A DNA stretch of 59,375 nucleotides, filler included, from Squatina squatina (taxonomy: Eukaryota), in assembly GCA_031763465.1 (NCBI GenBank). It is 4 parts of 4 records of this genome, joined end to end, with 100 filler letters (N's around TTAATTAATTAA, not from the genome) between each part and the next. Parts side by side here need not be neighbours in the genome. Positions count along the whole stretch, not along the records: positions 43,993 to 59,375 come from JARFOE010000203.1; 3 more parts are not named here. One strand, given 5' to 3'. Below the pieces are notes generated by a model. It was not told the origin of the DNA. It did no database searches and saw nothing but the letters and a program-made list of their open reading frames with translations. The position numbers and the translations under genes are program-made. Shown piece by piece: positions 51,879 through 59,375 of this stretch. Position 1 is the first letter of the stretch. Each line of letters begins with the position of its first letter.

Positions 51879-54800
51879 NNNNNNNNNNNNNNNNNNNNNN
51901 NNNNNNNNNNNNNNNNNNNNNNNNNNNNNNNNNNNNNNNNNNNNNNNNNNNNNNNNNNNNNNNNNNNNNNNNNNNNNNGAAAGGTGGTATAACGATTGGA
52001 GGAAATTCTAAGAAACCATGACATTTAGAGGTTTTTTAAATTGAGAGCGTAAAAAACAAAATGAACCACATATTTTTTCATTTATACTTTTTATAGATTG
52101 CGTACAGCTGCGACTGCTGATCCTTAGATTGCTGCTTGAGAAACACAAATAGTTCCACCGAATGGTGCCTTGAAACTGGCAGAGTAATATCACTTAATCT
52201 TATAATACATCAACCAACATGAATCTAATTAACAGCATTAATGGGAATAGATTGTTAAATACAGTATTGATAAAGGAGGGGCCATCTCTAAACTGTAAGT
52301 TCCTACCTGAATAGCATAGTGTTCATTATCGGTCTTAGCTTTGCTCTGCTCTTTATCCGTGCTCCCAAGACTGAAGGAGGTTTGTACATTCCTCCGTTTA
52401 TATCGTTGGAGTAAAATTGTGAGTTTGTGATGATGGGGAGAATACATCACCTGGCTGAGTGATGAAGTGAAATGTCGTTAACGGGAGCTTCCACCTTCTT
52501 GAGCTCATCCAAAACTGCAATGTCCGTATCCTAAGTCCCGTTCACCGATTACCCCTCTGCTCGCTGGCCTCCATTGGCTCCCGGTCTGGCAACATCTCGA
52601 GTTTAAAAAAAATTCTCATCCTTGTGTTCAAAGCCTTCGCCCGTCTCTACCTCTGTAACTGGCTACAGCCTGCCTACAGACCTCTGCTCTCCTCCAGTTC
52701 TGGCCTCTTGCGTATCCCCGATGTCCATCGCTCTGCCATTGGCGGCCGTGCCTTCAGCTGCCAGGGTTCCAATTGGGACTTTTCCTGAATTGTATGAGTC
52801 ACTTTGGCAGCTGGACGAGTGTTTTTTAATTTTACCTGCTATATTTGACAGAAGGAGATTCCAGCCCCTTAACAAAAACCTTTACTTTTGGGGTAAACCT
52901 GAAAGCTTTTGAGACGGACCCTAAAGGACAAATTCCGTCTAGTGGGTGTTGCTGGCTTTTTTACAAAAAGAATACATCCATCTATTTTCAGACAGGTGAG
53001 CTGTGTCTTTGAAGGGCTATTAGGAACTGTTGGAATAGCTTGGAAGATGTTGACAGGTATTGCTGAATTGATTTGATTTTTTGATGTAAAGTAGTTTTAA
53101 GATGTGAGCTATTTAGACTAAAAAGGTAACACAAGCTCTACCATGCACTAGAGCCGACAGCACTCGACAAATTTGCTTATAAATATTTCAAGCTCTGCTG
53201 AAGGGGGTCAGTGGAATTTTCTCATACAACCAAATCCACCTCTGCTGATCTACCAACATGCACTTTCTACTTGAGTATACTTACATTATTCTGCTGGAGC
53301 CAGGGTTCCTGCACAGCAGCACTGAATCCCAGACTTGTGACCTTCAGCCTCCTATCTGCACTGTGCCAGCAGAGAGCCAGAAGGAAGAGGCCCATGTTTC
53401 ATACGCCTTCAACCTTCACCTTTGAAAACTTGAAGGTACATAGTTCACCATTTGCCTGTAGTATTGACAGGCACGCAATTAGGCTCCTGCTGAAGGAACA
53501 CTATCAAGGTGAAAGCGTCTATAGAATGAAAAGGTGTGGAGGCCCATTGAAAATTCACATACTACTTGCACTTTTGGTCCACTTCACTTATTACACATAC
53601 TAGGGTTGTATTCTCTGGAATTTAGAAGGTTAAGGGGTGATTTTATCTATGNNNNNNNNNNNNNNNNNNNNNNNNNNNNNNNNNNNNNNNNNNNNNNNNN
53701 NNNNNNNNNNNNNNNNNNNNNNNNNNNNNNNNNNNNNNNNNNNNNNNNNNNCCTTGTTTTCAAATCCCTCCATGGCCTCATCCATCCCTCTCTCTGTAAC
53801 CTCCTCCAGCCCCACAACCATCTGAGATATCTGCACTCCTCAAGATCCGGCCTCTTGCGCAGCCCTGACATTCATCGCTCCACCAATGACGGCCGTACTT
53901 TTAGCTGCCCTCAGCCCTCATGTCTGGAATTCCCCCCTAAACCTTTCCTCCTTTAACTCTCTCTTCTCCGTTAAGATGCTCCTTAAAACCTAACTCCAGT
54001 AATGGACTGTTATTCTGGTCCTAAAATTTGCCAAGTCTCACAGTATGCAAATTAGCAAATCTGCATGTGAGTTAAAAATCCCAGTATTCATGATCTTCTG
54101 ACCAACTGAGGCAAGGTGGCACACGTGTTAAGTTCCCAACCTATAGATATTTGAGAAAAACTATGAATTTTCACTTAGGACAGGAACACATGTTTTTTTA
54201 AAGCATAATTTAATTTTGTCATTTTCTCTTTGTTCCTATGGCCTCCGTATAGGGCATGGGGTAAATATTGCTTTGCATGTTGTGAATTTTCCACTTTCAC
54301 AATACATTTTTGCTCTGCTGTACAAAGCTTTTTTGTGCTGTTGTAGAAAATTGAGCTCAATATGTGTTTACTTGAAAGTCACAGACAAGCTTGAGAGCAA
54401 GTTCAACACGATCCTATATCTTGTTCTGAAAAATTTTATTTAAAATGAGATTTCCCAGTTGACATTTCCAATTTTAAATGCTGTTGTTTTGCTAGTTGAA
54501 AAAAAAAATCCTTTCTTTACTGTTGCATCAGTGATAATATTTTAAAAAATTGCCAAGGCTAATTGGAGGAAACTGGCACCTGCAGGGAGAAGGCTATTTG
54601 TGATTGTGCTGAACCTTTCGGCAGCTGGCTCAGGGTTGCTCTTGGGTGGGAGGTGCAGGATTTTAGTGCAAGGCAGGAGGATAGCGAGCATACAGAATGT
54701 TCAACATATGTCCTTTAGGGTAGACTTGGCAGGAAAGGCTTTTTTTTTCTGCGCACATGATGAAGATCATTCGGAATTTCCTGCAGATCCTAAGCCAAGA

Positions 54801-56447
54801 AAACTGGTCCTGGAGGTGGGGAAGGTTTGAAATGCGTGCTGTGTTTATATTTAAAGCTTGGGTGTTAACAAAGTGCTTCCACATACCANNNNNNNNNNNN
54901 NNNNNNNNNNNNNNNNNNNNNNNNNNNNNNNNNNNNNNNNNNNNNNNNNNNNNNNNNNNNNNNNNNNNNNNNNNNNNNNNNNNNNNNNNNNNNNNNNNNN
55001 NNNNNNNNNNNNNNNNNNNNNNNNNNNNNNNNNNNNNNNNNNNNNCAGCTCTTAGGCTGAAACAAATGACTGATTCAGGTTTTCCATACTGATTTGCTAT
55101 ATATTTATGAAATTACTTTTCAGGTATTCAACTTTAATTACGTTTTTTTTTGGCATTAAGCTATATATCTGTAGTGTGCAACATGACTCATGTTGAAGTC
55201 TTTATCTGCCAGCCAAGAAGTTTTGAAACTCCTAAATCAAATTCCCGAGAGACCCACTTTTTTTTTGGAGTGGAATCTACAATTTTGATCGCTCTTGTCT
55301 GAGCTTCAATGAAATAAACCTTGTTTAAATATTCAGCGTCTAAGCTACAAGTTCAGAGTCCTGTGAACCCGAGGTTACGAGTGAGCTGACAATGAGAGGC
55401 ATGAATAATATTCAATATGTCGGTACATGCTGCATGTCATAAAACAAACAGGATGCGTGGCTCAACTTCAACGTATAGGGATTTCCCTTTCTACTCTTTC
55501 TGGGTGTGTTGAACATATTTAATAAATAGTGTAGTTTTCAAAATTTTCCAATGATCAAAATAAAAAATTCATAAATGTAATCTTGCAGCTGTATTTCTAC
55601 AATGTAGCAGAGTGCGAAGGACTGACTTTACCGATGTTTTAAGGTAATCCAGGGGGCTGTTAAAAGCTGGTGAAGTAACAAGCCAACTTTGTGTTCAGGT
55701 CTATATTTTTAGTCCGAAAAGAAGGACTTGCATTTCAATAGCACCTTTCATGACCACCGGACATCTCGAAGCGCTTTACAGCCAATGAAGTACTTTTTGG
55801 AGTGTCGTCACTTTTGTAATGTGGGAAATGCGGCNNNNNNNNNNNNNNNNNNNNNNNNNNNNNNNNNNNNNNNNNNNNNNNNNNNNNNNNNNNNNNNNNN
55901 NNNNNNNNNNNNNNNNNNNNNNNNNNNNNNNNNNGAGAAATTTCTGGGTCCGAGCCACTTGCAGAGTATTAAGAAAAAAGATGAATTTATGCAGCAAAAT
56001 ATCCGTTGTCTAACTACATATGTAGTGTAGCAATATTAGTTATCGAGGTGATGCCGTATTTTAGTAATTGAATATTCTGGCTGTTACCAAAGTGATTTAC
56101 TGAACATTCTAATCCGGTAAATCTGCTACAAAGGCGCAACTTGATGTCTATATTTGTATTTAGTATTATGAAAGTATACATGGCAGGTGAAGCTCTGTCT
56201 GTCTGTTGATTCATTGCCTTGATTGATCAATTGGCCAACCAGCAAAGTCCAAAACACATTTCAGTGCATGTTTTGCGAGAACAAACTGTCCATGTTGCTG
56301 CCTTGTCCAAACTTTCCATTCCCTTCGAGTACTCTTTTAATTAGACTCAGTTTCACAATAAATGTTCAGAGCCAAAGTGTTTCCCATCTCCTGGGAATAT
56401 ATATCTGTAACTGCAGGAGAATATCAGCTACTTGGGCTGAGGTATAA

Positions 56448-56800
56448 ACCATGGCTCAGTGGGCAGCGCTCTCGCCTCTGAGTCAGAAGGTTGTGGTTCA
56501 AGTCCCACTCCAAAGACTTGAGCACAAAATTGCAGGCTGACACTCCAGTGCCATACTGAGGGAGTGCCACACTGTCAGAGAGGCAGTCCTGAAGGAGTGC
56601 CGGAGGGGCAGCGCTGAGGGAGTGCCGCACTGCCGGAGAGGCAGCGCTGAGGGAGCGCCGTACTCTGAGGGGCAGTACTGAAGGAGTGCCGGAGGGGCAG
56701 TGCTGAGGGAGCGCCGCACTACCAGAGGGGCAGCGCTGAGGCTGAGAGAGCGCCGCACTGTCGGAGGTGCCACCATTCGGATGAGACGTTAAACCGAGCT
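56448..56800 (+). mobile_element. SacSINE1-like SINE with internal tandem amplification of a unit of about 33 bp
   Basis: A tRNA-like head is followed by repeated CTGAGGGAGTGCCGCACTGNCGGAGGGGCAG units. Confidence 0.8.
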
Positions 56801-56810
56801 CCCGCCTGCC

Positions 56811-57115
56811 GCAGCAGCCAATTTGCGCTTAGCAAGCCCCCATAAGCAGCAATATGATAATGGCCAGATAATCTGTTTTTTAGTGATGTTGCTTGAGGGA
56901 TAAATATTGGCCAGGACACTGGGAGAACTCCCCTGCTCTTCTTCGAAATAGGGCCATGGATCTTTAACATCCACCTGAGAGGGCAGATGGGGCCTTGGTT
57001 TAACATCTCATCCGAAAAACGACACCTCCGACTATGCAACGCTCCCTCTGTACTGCACTGGAGTGTCAGCCTAGAATTATGTGTTTAAGTCCCTGGAGTG
57101 GGATTTGAACCCACA
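56811..57115 (-). mobile_element. SacSINE1-like SINE, inverted relative to the preceding copy
   Basis: Reverse complement of the SINE body, ending at GGGATTTGAACCCAC (B-box). Confidence 0.8.
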
Positions 57116-59375
57116 AATTCTTTTTTTAAAAAAAGACACGGCAAATGCCACTTATGTATCAGTGCGCAATATGATAACAAAGGGGTTTGAGGAATTCAGG
57201 CGGGATAAGATGCTGCCATTTCATTAGCCCATGTCTACCACACAAGGTAAAACAAGAATAAAAGTGGTCCCAGGAGTTCGGAGAGTCCACTTAGCAATTC
57301 CTGGCTTTCATGAATACGACTCTGCATTTGTTAAAGAGGAAACTGATTTGTAAATCCGTTTGAAAATTGTGCCTGAGCTGCTGCACGGGCAGTACATTAG
57401 CATGCTTAAATTAGATAGATGGATGCCAAGTTAGTTGATTCATTTTTTTAATGTGAATCAATTCTAATTGATGGGAACAGCTCCATTGCAGTCACAGAAC
57501 ATCTTGTCCAAAGTGATGCTTGTTTCTATCGCCTAGGTATTCCTTTTGTTTACAGTTTAGTCTTGGTATCTAATTTGGTATCTTTACCCACTGTCTGACC
57601 CCACTGTCTTTCTGAACCTGGAGCACTCGATTGGGTACATATTTCATTATTCACTATTTGGTCCGTTTATGCAGATTCCAATGACATCGATCTGCTCCTC
57701 ACTTGAACAAGTCCAGCGCTGATCCAGCTCCCCCTTCCCCATGAGAAACATTCCAAGTCAGCATGTTTGATGATGTAAAATATTGCCTCAAGACATTGGG
57801 TTTTGTATTCCGGCACCAATTACTACATACTTTACAAACCTAGAAATGAGCAGTCCAGATTGTTGCACTGTCGTCTTAATAGGGTGAAAGCCCAGCTGTC
57901 AAAATTAATCAAAATCTGAGGTGGCTGAATGGGGCAACAGATTGATTTAATGATGAATGACCTTTAATGGGTATTGCTGGAAAGAACCTTTTCATATTGA
58001 CAGCATGTTGATCAGGCGCTGAATAATTGTCTCTCAATTTTAAAGTGGTTTATTTTATGAAGAATAATGCCAGAAGACACTAATACAAATCACAGTTGAC
58101 CATTTGCACCCATCTGTGAACTTGTACACAGTTTTCCACATCCAGTCGTGTGTAGTTTTTTTTGCTACAATCCTAAGAAGCAAGTTTACGTTGAAAGCCT
58201 GAGCTTCGGTTTAATTTAGCTTAGCTGCAGAAGAAAATTACAAAAATAGCATGAGGATNNNNNNNNNNNNNNNNNNNNNNNNNNNNNNNNNNNNNNNNNN
58301 NNNNNNNNNNNNNNNNNNNNNNNNNNNNNNNNNNNNNNNNNNNNNNNNNNNNNNNNNNTTTACCTTGGGGTCTCGAATGCTTGGTGACCTGCTGTTAGGT
58401 GTGTGACTTGTCTTTGATTCTACATTTGGTTATTACACTCATAAATATGCAAGTTTGTTCTCCGTTGCTTTGTCAGCCCAGTGCTGGATTCACAGTTTTG
58501 ACTCTCTTGTGCCTGTTGAGAATTATTTCTGAAGGACTCTTTTTTTTTTAAGAACAGTCGTTCGTGTTGAAGTATGGTCTGCAAACTGAAGCAAAAATAG
58601 TTAAAACTCCTTCACTGGGTTACAGTTCTACAGTTTGAAGTCCTATAAAATGCTGTATGCATTTTGATCTGACTTCTCGAACTGGCTGAAGAGCCCTGTG
58701 CAACACATGTTTTCAATGATAATGGGTCGCAACATTAGGGAGTTTTTGAGCAGGCTGTGTTCCTGGAACAGCATGCTCCAGAAACCTCTGTTGGCCGCCG
58801 GGGTGAGTTCATGCTGCTGCAGACGTTTCATCCACTGCACCGTGAACTTTTGCAGTGTGCGCCTTTTTCAAAGGGCTGCTCTCCAGTTTAAAATCTGTAG
58901 TTGTGGCTCTGGTTTGGGAGCGAAATATTGCGAGGTACTTTATTGGACAACAGTACTGTGGTGTGAAGTCATGCCTCTAGAAGGAGCCGGTGATGGGGAA
59001 ACATAACCGACTAGGACGAGATCCCACCACCGTCTGCAGAGTACCAGGATTGAGTTTATTTTCGCGTGAGTTTCGTCCAGTCAGTAACAGCCTAAATACA
59101 TGAGGTCGTCATCGGGTTAACGTTTTAGGTTTGCTGTGCAGTGCAATAGATAAAGAGAAAGTAAAATATCTCCCATTCATAACATGCTGCCCTCTTTTCA
59201 TACATTACAAACTGTCGTTCAAAGTTAGTGTTCTCCAGTATCAGAAGCATGGGGATTGGACAACTCTCCATTTAAAAAAAAATAATCCTAAACATCTGTG
59301 ACTAGCGAAAACGCTGTTTGAAGTTTGTCTTTCATCAGCATAGAGAGGGCCTGGTGTCTCTGGGGTGGGCAAACA

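Noticed and set aside
51566-52021. Gln/Ser-rich 151-aa ORF
   Set aside because: It is a product of tandem repeats plus a gap.

Overview
Vertebrate genomic DNA, most likely a shark or other cartilaginous fish (inferred from abundant SacSINE1/DeuSINE-like tRNA-SINEs, CR1/L2/RTE LINEs, Harbinger remnants and a Penelope-type palindrome). The assembly is very fragmented. Short contigs are joined by N gaps, and three artificial N-TTAATTAATTAA-N linkers split the window into four probably unrelated blocks. Block 1 (1-16547) holds the DISP1 last exon, membrane TLR5, a SUSD4 exon, a CCDC185/CCDC177-family exon and a SLC39A9 (ZIP9)-like exon. Block 2 (16648-30718) holds ZC4H2 exon 2 plus repeats. Block 3 (30819-43892) holds four MCCC2 exons, a stray glycogen phosphorylase exon and a ZNF143-type promoter. 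Block 4 (43992-59375) holds the last exon of a FYN/YRK-like kinase and non-coding DNA. I see no CRISPR array, operon or convincing wholly new system. The best leads are a divergent ZIP9 copy in the SUSD4/CCDC185 paralogon, an apparently intact TLR5 in a chondrichthyan-like genome, and a DISP1 whose C-terminal tail is broken by a stop and frameshifts. All gene identities come from recalled protein sequences, not from database searches.
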